Shown: positions 1 to 13,492, counted from the stretch's first letter. The stretch is 64,000 bases of DNA from Octopus vulgaris (GCA_951406725.2 OX597819.1:35650001-35714000); one strand, 5' to 3'. Translations and numbers: made by a program. Notes: generated by a model from the letters alone, not told the origin.

Positions 1-470
<470 letters not shown>

Positions 471-744
471 TTTTATTTTATAGAAGGAGCTTCTACAGGA
501 CTAGAACTGTTTCATTCAGATATATATAAGCATATCTTAAATAAAAATGGTCCGAAGACTGAAGAATACTTTGTAAACATCTCTTGGAGTACACCAAGAA
601 TATAATCTTTTAAAGACAGAAGTTCAAATTGATAACTTGCTAGCTTTAGATTGATGAGTCTTGTCTTTGGAGTTTTGAGATTATGTCTGCGAATCAGTTG
701 TAATGTAAAGTACTATGTCAGGACGATAAAGAAAAGGAAGATTC

Positions 745-885
<141 letters not shown>

Positions 886-1257
886 TAAAAAACAAAAAAC
901 AAGCATAGTATTTTCATCGTCTGGTGGTTGGTATGGATTCTAGGTATACCAACTTGAAGTATCAAGTTTAAAAACAAAAACTGTTCGTGTGTGCTTGTAT
1001 GTGTGTGTGTGTGTGTGTGTATAAGTTTGAGTGAGTTAATGAAGGGAGAGGCAAGGAGGGGGAAGGAGTGGGAGGGAGTGGGAAGGAGGGGGAAGGAGGG
1101 GGAAGGAAGGGGCAGGAATGTGAAGGAGGGGAGGGAGTGGGAGGGGGAATGAGTAGGAGGGAGTGGGAGTGGTGAGAGAGGGTGGTAAGAGTGAGTGTGA
1201 TAGAAGGAGGAAAGTGGGGAAAAGAGAATGTGCATATATAAATATATTATCTGTCTG

Positions 1258-1297
<40 letters not shown>

Positions 1298-1532
1298 CTT
1301 TCTCTTTCTTCCCCCCCTCTCTCTCTCTCTTGCTATATATATATATATACATACACACACACACCAGCACCCCACCCCATGTATATATTTATACACTTAG
1401 AGAGAGAGAGAGAAAGAGGAAGAGAATGTTTGAGTGCATGAGTATGTGTTTTTAAAAGTGAGATAGAGAAGGAGAGGGAAATGAGAAGAGAGTGATGTTG
1501 GAGGTTGGAGGGTATGGTTAGAGATGGTGTGC

Positions 1533-1563
<31 letters not shown>

Positions 1564-1899
1564 TGTGTGTGTATGTGCATGTGTTGTGTACACCTACACA
1601 TACAAGCATTTACCCTTCCCCCTCTCTCTGTTGCATGCATACAGATGCATACATACAAGCACATGTTTATACTCATGAATATAGACACACACACACACAC
1701 ACATGTTTACATATTAATTCTCAACCAAAAGAAGACCATTCTGCCAATTGGTTGACTGCAACTCTTTCCCAACACCACTACCAATGGCCAATGGACACTC
1801 CCTTTCCTTCCATGTACAAGGACTCCTGTCCTTTGACCTTGTTGCTGTTTTAGTATTGTGGCTACTTTATGAATATTTAGAATATATAACTGTTTCTGT

Positions 1900-2280
1900 A
1901 ATGATGAAGAATATACGCCGCATCCTTCGTGTCCAATGGCATCACTTTGTCTCCAACAATTTGGTGCGACACCAGTGCAGAATCACCTCCCTCCGACAAG
2001 TCATCCTAATGAGACATCTGCGTTGGCTGGGTCATGCCCTCCGTTGTCAACCAGGAGAATTCATCCATGAAGCAATTGCCCCAGCTCACTTTCATGGTTG
2101 GCGAAAGTGATGTGGTGGACAATGAAAATCCTGGCTGATGACAGTCAAGGCTGATCTGGAACCCAACCTAGGCCCCATATCTACGGCGTTCGCTGCTGGA
2201 ATAAGGAGTAGTTGGAGATCATGTGGTCGTTAGCCTCAAATTGCCAGGCCTGGTCAGCGTTTGTGAGAGATGCAGAATGC
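1900..2280 (+). mobile_element. Decayed RTE-clade LINE 3' fragment
   Basis: Translation RRILRVQWHHFVSNNLVR...RHLRWLGHALR...W..TVKADL matches the post-RT region of RTE LINEs; interrupted by stops. Confidence 0.7.
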
Positions 2281-2299
2281 GGTAAGAAGAAGAAGAAAA

Positions 2300-2872
2300 C
2301 TGTTTCTAATTTAGGAGCAAGGTCATCAGTTTTCAGGGGACCGAATTTGTTGAAGCCATGAACCCTTGTAGTTGACTGATGCTTTGTTTCATTGCCCCAG
2401 GAGTGATGAAAGACAAAGTTGACTTCGGTAAGATTTGAACTCAGAACAGATAAGGATTTCACATTTTGGCACAAGGCCAGCAATTTTAGGGGTTTGAGTG
2501 TGTCAATTACATTGGCCCCAGTGTTCAACTAGTACTTATTTTATCAACCCCAAAAGGATGAAAGGCAAAGCTGACCTTGAAAGATTTGAACTCAGAACAT
2601 AAAAAGCCAGAACAGATAATGATTTCAAATTTTGGAACAAGGCCAACAACATTAGGGGTTTGGGTTAAGTCAGTTACATCAACCCCAGTGTTCAACTGGT
2701 ACTTATCTTAAACACAATGAAAGGATGAAAGGCAAAATCTATCTCTGCAGCATTTGAACTCATAAGGTAAACTTGACAAAGTGCTGCTAAGCATTTTGTC
2801 CTGTGTGCTAATGAAACCAGAACAAATAATGTAAGGCATTTTGTCTGATGCTTAGCAATTCTGTCGCTCCAC
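2300..2872 (-). mobile_element. Tandem decayed copies of SINE family B
   Basis: Repeated gatgaaaggcaaag..gac..tttgaactcagaac and ccccagtgttcaactggtacttat blocks shared with 41365-41967 and 55728-55960. Confidence 0.7.
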
Positions 2873-3094
2873 CACTCAATGTACAGATTATACGATAAAA
2901 TAAAATTGAAGTGTTTTTTATTATTCATTTAAAGTATGTATTGTGTACAAATATTTTACTTTTGGTTTGCCAGTCCAAGCTATGATATGCAGTTTCACAG
3001 ACACATTACATTACTTTGTAATTGATATATATATACATCATCATCATCACCAACGTCTGTTTTCCGTGCTAGCACGGGTTGGACGGGGAGCACG

Positions 3095-3153
<59 letters not shown>

Positions 3154-3169
3154 TATATACATATATACA

Positions 3170-3407
3170 TATCATGTGATCACGTGACCGACCAGACCAT
3201 CAGACGTTACACATCACTGGTCACAATGCGTTCGCATTGTTTTAGCCTTCGAATGATGCCACCCCGCTGGCTAAGCGAGCAGGCTAACAAAAGAAAAAGT
3301 GAGAGAAAGAGTGGTGAAAGAGTACAGCAGGGATCACCACCCCCTGCCAGAGCCTAATGGAGCTTTTAGGTGTTTTCGCTCAATAAACACTCACAACACC
3401 CGGTCTG
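3170..3407 (-). mobile_element. SINE family C, partial
   Basis: Reverse-strand match to 37626-38038; same orientation as 14586-14904. Confidence 0.8.
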
Positions 3408-3447
<40 letters not shown>

Positions 3448-3512
3448 GATTCAGATGAATATGGTACTAAAGTTGAAGGCACCAAAATTTAGTATGGTAT
3501 TATCCATATAAT

Positions 3513-4124
3513 TTAAAATAAGGTAATTAGAAATATTGAATTTCTAAATGTCGCAGAGAGACATAAGTGGTGGTGAAGCGATATAGTGGTCATATACTGT
3601 CAACTCAATGTGACAGTCCCGTGAGGGAATTACACCACTGCCATTTAGCCCTAGAAAACATCGACGTCTCCTGTCAGCTGTGACGCATTTTCTGTGTCAG
3701 CGGTGGTGTAATTCCCTCACGGGACTGTCACATTGAGTTGACAGTATATGACCACTATATCGCTTCACCACCGCTTATGTCTCTCTGAGACATTTAGAAA
3801 TTCAATATTTCTAATTTCCGTGATCAGTAAATAAATTTTACTGATAATATGATATGTTTGCAGAGAGGTTGCAGTCATCTCAGCGAGCGAGACAGGCTAC
3901 CCTGAACTGACCATGAGCAATACACTCAGAAACATATGTCTTCAGGTGCTAGTCCCAGCTGGCGGGGGTGATTGCCTCCCCTTTGCAAATATAAGGACAC
4001 AGAAAATGTGTCAAAGCCGACCGGAGACGTCGATGTTTCCTAGGGCTAAATGGCAGTGGTGTAATTCCCTCACGGGACTGTCAGATTGAGTTGACAGTAT
4101 ACGACCACTATATTAAAATAAGGT
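3513..4124 (+). mobile_element. Hammerhead-bearing retrozyme-like element, family R1 copy 1 (inverted piece + 353-nt redundant monomer)
   Basis: TSD ttaaaataaggt at 3513-3524 and 4113-4124; inverted segment 3525-3698; gtggtgtaattccc repeated at 3703 and 4056; homologous to 40356-40728. Confidence 0.75.
3901..3946 (+). ncRNA. Minimal type I hammerhead ribozyme motif (G8C core mutation, probably inactive)
   Basis: cctgaa-CTGACCA-tgag caataca ctca-GAAAC ATAT GTC-ttcagg: stems I and II pair, stem III palindromic. Confidence 0.75.
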
Positions 4125-4128
4125 GATT

Positions 4129-4625
4129 ATAATCAAAATAAGCAACAAGGATATCCAGAGGTAATGCAGCATGATCATTTCGTGTGACTCCATTTAATTG
4201 AATAATGCAAACATTACATCAATTTAAAATGTAGAGCAACCTTCAGCTGCATAAAAATATAGAATTTAGTTAAATTCAAAGGACTCATTTGTATAACTGA
4301 ACCCTCCCCACCCCCACCATAAATAAATCTAAATAACAGAAATAGTCAGTGATAAGCAGTGTCTTTTTTGAAAAAATCTCAGTTACAACTGTAATGTTGT
4401 TGGTAAAACATGTTCTTTGTCTATCTCTTTATTCTCTTGGAGATTTTGGGTAAAATTATACAAATGAGTCCTTTGAATTTAACTAAATTCTATATTTTTA
4501 TGCAGCTGAAGATTGCTCTACATATTAAATTGATGTAATATTTGCATTCTTCAATTAAATGGAGTCGCATGAAACGATTGTACTGCATTACCTCTGGATA
4601 TCCTTGTTGCTTATTTTTAGATTAT
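4129..4625. repeat. Inverted repeat, ~168-bp arms (4129-4296 / 4456-4625), hammerhead element family R2
   Basis: Arms are reverse complements at roughly 90% identity; right end abuts (TA)n. Confidence 0.85.
4500..4588 (+). ncRNA. Type I hammerhead ribozyme motif with extended stem II
   Basis: atgcag-CTGAAGA-(~58-nt stem II)-GAAAC gatt GTA-ctgcat; core intact, predicted cleavage after 4582. Confidence 0.7.
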
Positions 4626-4753
4626 ATATATATATATATATATGTATACATATATAGGAAAAATTTTATCATCACTAATTGTGACTGAGGGTGCCAAAGC
4701 ACTTATATTACAAGAAATAAGACTTCAAAACTCTTTCTGCTGTAAGAAGCATG

Positions 4754-4837
<84 letters not shown>

Positions 4838-5092
4838 CTGAAAGATTAAAATTAATCAAAGGACATACTAAGTATGTCTACCTGCTGGAAATAACAGTCA
4901 AAACTCTTATTTAAATCACCAAAATACACTGATGATAACAACAGAAATCAACCATCTGAAGGCAAACGGGCTAAGACAATCTCTCAGCATACATTCAAGT
5001 ATTTGGACTCATGTGAACCAGTTTCTGCACTAGCAAAAATATCCTCAGCTTCCTCCACATGCATTACCATGATAGAGACTCCCAATCTGTCT

Positions 5093-5140
5093 TGTTGAAG
5101 TCTGTGCTGTAACGAATCAGTTACAGCACAGACTTCAACA
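5093..5140. repeat. Perfect 21-bp hairpin with 6-nt loop
   Basis: tgttgaagtctgtgctgtaac-gaatca-gttacagcacagacttcaaca. Confidence 0.9.
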
Positions 5141-6126
5141 CAACGGGTTAGGGCTGTGAATTTCAAGAAACTTTGAAATATTCAGTGGCAGCAATTTGTG
5201 TTTTAAAGTAAAATTAATGAATTGAATTAACCACAGACTAATGTAGCTTATAAGGAATATGTTGTGAATACAATGACTCTAGTATTTTGATTGGTACTTT
5301 ATGAATCCAAGGGTGACAAAGGATAAAGTTGATTTCAGCATGATTTGAACTCAGAATATATACAGCTAGAACAAATACTGTAAAGTGTTTTGTTTGATGC
5401 TCTAATAATTCTGCCAAACCACCAATAAAAATATACAGCAATCTGAAATTCAATAATCTTTAATTCATTGAAATTTCAAGATTAACTTGATCATATTTCA
5501 TTCTTTTCGTATCAGTTTTTGATAAGCATGAAGCATTGTATTTGATGGCATAAAAAATGCACAAACATTAAATGCATTGTAATTTCAGCTATTCATATTT
5601 AGTAAAAAGAAATTTTTCATGCATTAACTAAAGTGATATAGACCCAATTTCACATAAAGGACCCAAGGTGGTTTTTGATTAAATATTTTGGACAAAAATG
5701 CACCTTATGTGTCATCAAATACACTACTGACATATGTCATATTAATTTAAAGACTCTTGAGTTAATTCATTCACATCAAATCAAATGCGTATTCAATTTT
5801 ATGCTATATTTTGCCATTTTTTATGCAAAATTGAAACATCTTATGCAATTAACCCAAATTGATTATTATTTATATATGCAGTTAATCAATCAATTTTATA
5901 TAGATTTGATGTAAAATAGTTTGATGGTTATGCAACTATCTGAAATATGCATTAAAATGGAGCTGACATTTATCAATTCCATTTCTTTGTGTTTTAACTC
6001 TTACTGCAGAAATCAGATATATTCAATCGAACTTTCTTTACCCTTAACTACAGAAAGCAGTTTTGTACATCAATCTGTCTTTTGTTGAGGAATGTCATGC
6101 TTGAAACTATTTTTTGTTAAGATATG

Positions 6127-6537
6127 TTACTCTTTTACTCTTTTACTTGTTTCAGTCATTTGACTGTGGCCATGCTGGAGCACCGCCTTTTAATCGAGCA
6201 ACTCGATCCCAGGACTTATTCTTTTGTAAGCCCAGTACTTATTCTATCGGTCTCTTTTGCCGAACCGCTAAGTAACGGGGACATAAACACACCAGCATCA
6301 GTTGTCAAGCAATGCTAGGGGAAGAAACACAGACACACAAACACACACATACATATATATATATACATATATACGATGGGCTTCTTTCAGTTTCCGTCTA
6401 CCAAATCCACTCACAAGGCATTGGTCGGCCCGAGGCTATAGTAGAAGACACTTGCCCAAGATGCCACGCAGTGGGACTGAACCCGGAACCATGTGGTTGG
6501 TAAACAAGCTACTTACCACACAGCCACTCCTGCGCCT
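6127..6537 (-). mobile_element. Full-length tRNA-derived SINE family A
   Basis: Minus strand starts ggcgcaggagtggctgtgtggtaag (A box) ... gggttcagtccc (B box), has an internal TA/TG microsatellite and a (gtaaaaga)n tail; more than 10 copies in window. Confidence 0.9.
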
Positions 6538-7473
6538 ATATGTCAAGTTTGTCAAGGCAATGGGACTTGCAGAAAATACCATTTCTATTTTTTTTGGTAG
6601 ATATTTAACATCATGATTGAGCATGAGCAAACTAGCTCAAAAGTGAATCAGTCATGCGGTCCTGTCTTTTATTGGAGGAGTATAGGGATTCACTCCCTTG
6701 CTGGCAATATGTACTGGGTGCTGACTGCACCTATAACCAGCTGGTGAAAGATCTACCTGGGGTTAAACTAGTAGTAACATTGAACAGCCATATTAATGTG
6801 GTGATTAACTTTATTTATTTAACATTATTACTGGTATAACCAGGATATTCAATTTTGCACTTAAAAGTTAAGGTCAGTTTAGTTTGGGTAGGTATGACCT
6901 TTCATTCTTCTGGGATTGATTACAATAAATACCCAGTTGTGTGTAGTCAATAGTTACAATTTGTTTGCTGCACAGCTTGGGCGTCACTATGCTTACTGTC
7001 CAATTTATAAAGCCTTTCTTTAGTTACATATGATTTATTACAAAATGTCATTAGTTACTATTGATTTACTTTGTACCCTGGGTGGCATTAGTGTTGCTAT
7101 TGGATCTATAAAGCCTTATTTTGGTTACAAATATTTGAATACACATCACTCCACCCCCCACTTCTCTATTTGGAGCAATGGTTGATGTGATCACATTAAC
7201 TTATTTAACCCATATATAAGTAAAAATATATAAGTAAAAAATATACAGGATTAAGATAAAGAGAATAAAAAGGAAGTTATGTTGCATAAATAGCATATCG
7301 TTTATTAGTTACTGTGAGTTATATCAACCTAATTATTATGCTGTACTAAACAAATTATTTTTTGCAGATTATAAAAAAAAAAGAATTTTTTTTGCCCTGT
7401 TTGTAACTAACATTAAATAAATCAATAATTTTGTCTCTTTTACTAGAATGAAGAGTTTGCACATGTCCAGAGA

Positions 7474-7521
<48 letters not shown>

Positions 7522-7760
7522 GCTGATACTACTGCTGCTGCTGCTGCTGCTGTCCCTGTTATTGCTAATAGGTATATCTTTCTGCTGGTTTTGCACTAAA
7601 TGATTGAAATATCAAGCATTGATGATGGTAAGCCTCCAATTAGGTAGCAGCCATTAAATTTCATTTACTAATTAACCTTGTATCCTTCCCAACCCATCGT
7701 CTAATATCTGTTCTTACTGACTCAGTCAGGTTTCCAGTACTGTTATAACCTCTTTACTCA

Positions 7761-7798
<38 letters not shown>

Positions 7799-8064
7799 AA
7801 GAAAGTCAGTATATATTTATATACTCCTCATGAAATAATTTTCAATGACTAGATTTACTGGATTTCAACTACATAAGACTCTACATTACACTCTTACATA
7901 TTGGTTTACTATGTGGTTTGTAACCAAGTCTGCTTAAGGAGTTTTTTAGTGTTTACCACTGAATTATATAAATCTATATATTGTACAATCATCACATTTC
8001 ATTCCATAAAGGCTACTTCTGATGAGTGTATATCAGGAAATCTTCAGTGTTTGTTGAGTTTATG

Positions 8065-8148
8065 GTTGATAAAGGAAATGGAAGATAGATTTAGTACAAA
8101 TCTTTATAAAGATTTGTACTAAATCCATCTTCCATTTCCTTTATCAAC
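8065..8148. repeat. 84-bp loopless palindrome (42-bp arms, 1 mismatch)
   Basis: gttgataaaggaaatgg...tcttta|taaaga...ccatttcctttatcaac, next to (TA)n. Confidence 0.9.
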
Positions 8149-8153
8149 AATAC

Positions 8154-8207
<54 letters not shown>

Positions 8208-8210
<3 letters not shown>

Positions 8211-8591
8211 TCTTTTACTCTTTTACTTGCTTCAGTCACTTGACTGCCGCCATTCTGGAGCACCACCTTTAGTCGAACAAATCGACCCCAGGACTTATTC
8301 TTTGTAAGCCTAGTGCTTAAACTATTGGTCTCTTTTGAACTGTTAAGTTACGGGGACGTAAACGTACCAACATCGGTTGTCAAGCAACGGTAGGGGACAA
8401 ATACAAACATACACACATGCACATGGGTGCATACGCACACACACACACACACACACACACCACACACACACATACGATGGGCTTTCAGTTTCCGTCTACC
8501 AAATCCATTCACAAGGCTTCAGTCAGTCAGAGGCTATAGTAGAAGACACTTCCTCAAGGTACCATGTAGTAGGACTGAACCCAGAACCACA
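8208..8591 (-). mobile_element. SINE family A, 5'-truncated
   Basis: Colinear match to 6127-6537. Confidence 0.85.
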
Positions 8592-10003
8592 TGTATATTA
8601 ATACAGCATTATATATCACAAACCATATTTGGTCAAGAATAGTTACTGGATTGTTTCCTATGCAAGGATAACTTTCTAAGCAGAAAGCATTAAATAATCT
8701 TCAGGCATGGTTGACTGGAAAAATATAGTCAGAACTCTTTTACCCTTAAGTTGCAAAAGTTACCATCCAGCCAGACCATAGGCTAATGGTAAATACAAAC
8801 TGCTAGGCTTCAGCTAAAAAATGTAAAACTGAGGAGGGTATAGTTAAGTAAAAAAAATATAAACCAAATGTAAAGTCATCCAGGACAGTGTCATGTATAA
8901 ATCTCATGCAAAGTCATATATTGCAACAAGGAGAAGTATATGCACTTGTATTTCAGATTGAAAGGGGTGGGGGGAATAACAGGGGGAGGGTGATAGAGAG
9001 GGAGAGACAGAGAGGGGGGATAGGTAATGAGATGAAAAGAGGTCAAGAAGATAGGGTGTGAGGCAAAAGTGGACTGTATATAATTGTGTTGGGTAGAAAG
9101 ATGAAAAAAAAAAGAGAACCTGGAGATATCATAAGGGAATAAAACTCAGATAAGGTCAATGATGTTTCTTTCTGGTTGGTGGGACTGAACTAATTATACT
9201 AAAAAGTATTTATACTCATTTTGTAGCTCAAAAAAAAGCTCCCTGGGTAGAGGGAATTCTTCAGGACTGTATGCTTTTTCTGCCAAACAGAGGATGTGCA
9301 TTCTGCTGCTGATAAAATATGGTCAAACAACATAAGCTAAAAGTTGCTTGAGAAACAAAGGACCTCTAGCTAATCTTGTATGATGGAGCCTGGCTAGCGT
9401 CATAGCATTTTGATTTCTTGGATTTTAAAGGAGGACCTGTAGTGTTTAGTCAGATCTTGAAGAAACTTCCATTACTTCAAAATATTGCTGTACTTGCATT
9501 ATCTTACTGGGGTCACTAGATGCTATTTCTGCTTCATATAGAGCAGCTGCTACGTGGTCATGCGTTATTATCTTTGCCTAAACATCGTGCCTCTGTGCTT
9601 GGTTTGCAACTATTGGATAAGATTCATTTCATATTCTGTAATAGTTTTTATACTTATGTATGGGTGGAAAATGCTCATGTATTAATCTGAGAAAGGCCTT
9701 CACAGGTCTTAATTCTTAGAGAATGTAGGGGTGTAAGCCAAATGACTTTACAGAGGCACATTTCCTTCGTGGGGCTAGTGTTTGGTATTTATGAATATGG
9801 TCCTTGAAACTGCTAACAGTCAAGGTCTACCTGTAGTATGTGGGTACTGCATCAAAGATCTCCTAACTGAAAGATAGACTGGAGATCATCCTGCTAACAC
9901 CTTTCATAAATTATTTGAATAGCGGGCCAGGTGGCAGGAAACCATTAACTTCATGTTATGGTTTGGGAAAGGTTTATAGGAACTAGTATCTAGATCTATC
10001 ATC

Positions 10004-10034
<31 letters not shown>

Positions 10035-10134
10035 TGTATGTATGTATGTATGTATGTATGTATGTATGTATGTATGTATGTATGTGTGTGTGTGTGTCTA
10101 TATATGTAAGCATGTATATATGGATGTATGTCTG

Positions 10135-10166
<32 letters not shown>

Positions 10167-10312
10167 GACATGTAGGAAGTAAATAGACACATTTAATTTT
10201 CAAAATTTCTGATCTAAGTGTCTTAATATGTTTTCGGTGGTGTAGAATTTATAATGTAATTATTCCTTTTCATTTCAGGTGCCATTATATTAAACATCTG
10301 CGAAGAGTAACC

Positions 10313-10505
10313 ATGCCATACACAAAAAAATTCAGCAGAACTGTCAGATTTTCAAAGAGGTCATATTGTTGGGCAATCTGAGGCTGGTCTTAGCCAGCGA
10401 AAAATTGCTGAAAATCTTCAAATTCCTCTTGCTACTGTTAATAGAATTATAGTGCAATTCAAAAGCCAAGGAAAAGAATCAACAGATTCTTGTCCCAGCC
10501 AACCT
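10313..10505 (+). pseudogene. Tc1-like transposase N-terminal HTH fragment
   Basis: After a frameshift reads [44 protein letters not shown], a typical Tc1 paired-like DNA-binding start. Confidence 0.7.
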
Positions 10506-10536
10506 GTGCCCTATGTATATATGTATATGTATATAT

Positions 10537-10873
10537 TGTTGTAGTGAAAATGGTAGACACCTTCCCATGCGACAAAATGGTATGAAGCAGCCACTATAAA
10601 GTCAGATAGTCAGTTGTTGTAGGAGGTCAGTAATAGTAGAGTCGCTGTATGAGTTCCCATTTGGTGTCAGTGTCAGTTATGTGATATATACGAGTTTGAG
10701 TCACCGTCAAGGTAAACATTACAAAGTTGTTATCTTGCAGAGCTATCAGCAATAGTACGATAGACAAGCCAAAGATAATAAGATGCAGATGACTGCCACA
10801 ACATAATAGTGGCAACAAGAGCATTACAAGACTCACAACAACATATTAGTGGACGAGGATCCACATTATAACA
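10537..10873. mobile_element. Possible solo LTR
   Basis: 337-bp unique block between microsatellites with TGTTGTAGTG...CATTATAACA inverted termini; no clear TSD. Confidence 0.3.
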
Positions 10874-11031
10874 TACATACATACATACATATATATATAT
10901 ATTTTCTTATGCTTAGCTCTACAGTGTATTATCAGGTCCCAAAACATGTTGTCTTAAGGCTTCTCTAGAGAGTGGCCCCTCTAGAACATGGTGGAGGAAA
11001 TGATCTCACTAGACAATGTCAACAACAGGGG

Positions 11032-11128
<97 letters not shown>

Positions 11129-12410
11129 ATGTATATATATATATATATATACATACATATATATATATATCATCATCATCATCATCACGTTAAACGATGA
11201 TGATGATGATATATATATATATATGTATGTATATATATATATATATACATACACACATACATACATACATACATACATACATACATACATACATACATAC
11301 ATACATACATACATACATACATACATGCATGCATAAATACATACATACATACAAACAAAAATACCCTGTTGATGTTGAAATTCCAATGAAGGGTCATTGA
11401 ATCTAGGTTAGAAACCGATTCTTTCTCTATTGGCAAGACATCTTGAAATAAACTGAATGACATACATACATACATACATACATACACACACACATACATA
11501 CATACATGCATACATGCACACATAAACACACACACACATATATATGTGTGTGTGTGTATAAACAAGCGCACACACACATACACACACACATTTATACGTG
11601 TGCGTGTGTTCAGTAATGGAATCTTCATACAAACTGTCTTGAAACAAAAGGAAACTGTCTACATTACATGCACAATAACAGAATATAATAAACTGCATTT
11701 TAAAATCTACCATCTATTCTAGAAAGCTGATTCTATTCTTCTCAAATCTCTTTTATGCCTTCATAAAAGAAAAGAACAATGAAACCGACGGAGACTTAAC
11801 ATAATCTTAATTGCATTTAATTCTTCCAGATATAAATTTGCCAATCTGTAATTTGATTGATTTTTAATTGACAGATCTTAATAATCGATATTATAAAGAG
11901 ATAATAGAGTGGGTGTGTGAGTGGTATATCAACAGTCTGCTTTTAGGAACAAAGCTTCCGTTGTATCCTTTCATTTATTTAGCTGTTCTATCATCTAAAG
12001 CCACATAATCACAAATCAATGTTTGAAGCAATTCGTTTCCCATCAGTTTGCTCATCTAAGTCGTTGTCAATTCACTTAATGATGGATAGAAAAGTCAGTG
12101 TGTAAAAATCTGTTAACGATGGGATCAGTCTGCTTGCTTTAAACTTAAGAAGATTGTACACTTAACTCAGAGAAAGCTTTATTTATTCATGGCTTTGTTG
12201 AAAGAGTGAAAATCAATAGGAAAAAAAACAAACAAACCAAAAACCCTTTAATAAACTGTAGGAATCAAACAGCAATCCATAATAATCCATAAAGTCAGAA
12301 TGTAGGTTTAAAATGTCTGTTAAATCATCATTGATAATGGTGATAATCTAGGTTTTTGTAGCACTGTAAACAGGGATTGTTAGTGAGGAAAGCTGGATGT
12401 TAAATTGATG

Positions 12411-12833
12411 GGATCTTTTCGGTTTGAACAGCAGTTTTTAACATAATTTCTTGGTAACTAAAAAATTTTAAACTTCATATACTGGTAGAATGTGTTTATA
12501 AAACATATTTTTCTCTTGGCTTTATTGAAAAAATTCTATAGTTTGTAAGATATTTGTTGTTTTTTTTCTTCAATTTCTGCAATTTCAACCAATCACTGAC
12601 GTCCATTGAGATAAAAAACATTCTGTGCCATATGAATATGTCCCTCGTTTAAGAAACAGATTGGGTTTTTTTACATTTCTGAAGAAAAAAAGATACCCTT
12701 TCCCCCACTCCTAACCCTAACCCTAACCCTAAAACAGATTGAAATGCAATAAATCGATACTAGGGTCATAATTATGGGTGACAATTTCATATGACACCAC
12801 TAGAAAAAACTGCTGTTCAAACTGAAAAGATCC
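12411..12833. mobile_element. MITE with ~29-bp TIRs, 8-bp TSD and internal telomeric repeats
   Basis: TIR ggatcttttcggtttgaac...gttcaaactgaaaagatcc; TSD aattgatg at 12403-12410 and 12834-12841; (CCCTAA)n near 12710-12732; second copy at 56176. Confidence 0.9.
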
Positions 12834-12888
12834 AATTGATGTTGTTGTTGTTCTTGTTTAGCTTCAGGTTTGACCTCAACAAACAAAA

Positions 12889-13047
12889 CTATCATCAAAG
12901 ACGTTCCATTCCTGACCTTCATGTTTGTTGCTATTTTCTAAAACTTTTATCATCCAATGTTTTCCCCTCACTTTTTGAGGTAGTAGGCAACAAGTTGCAG
13001 GAAGATTTAGCTGCTATATATCTTACAGGTTGTGTAGCTGTATAGGA

Positions 13048-13106
<59 letters not shown>

Positions 13107-13492
13107 AAGGATGATGATGACAACAGAAGATGCTGGCAATGTTGTGAGATTGTACAGATGATGATGATGATGATGATGGTGGTGGTACCAATGACGGTGG
13201 TAACAGTGTTGATGATGATGGTGATAATGATGATAGGGGTGATCTTGATGATGACGACAATGACAACAATGACAACGAGGATGAGGATGACGAAGACAAT
13301 GATAATGTTGATGATTATTTAACAATAATGGCCGCAATGATGATGATGATGATGACGATGATGATGATAATAGAAGATGGTGGTAATATTGTGAGATTGT
13401 AGCAATGATGATGGTAGTGGTACCAATGACAATTACAACAGCATTGATGATGACGATGACGATGATGATGATGACGATGATGATGATGATGG

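Noticed and set aside
4984-5166. Protein-looking 60-aa ORF on minus
   Set aside because: It spans a perfect DNA hairpin, has no recognisable motif and no convincing splice sites.
8700-9900. Possible highly decayed Penelope-like RT/EN on minus
   Set aside because: Only faint motif echoes across many stops and frameshifts; it needs a profile search to support.
11360-11460. Hammerhead-like spacing (caatga...gaaacc..ttc)
   Set aside because: The core lacks CUGA and stem I cannot be drawn convincingly.
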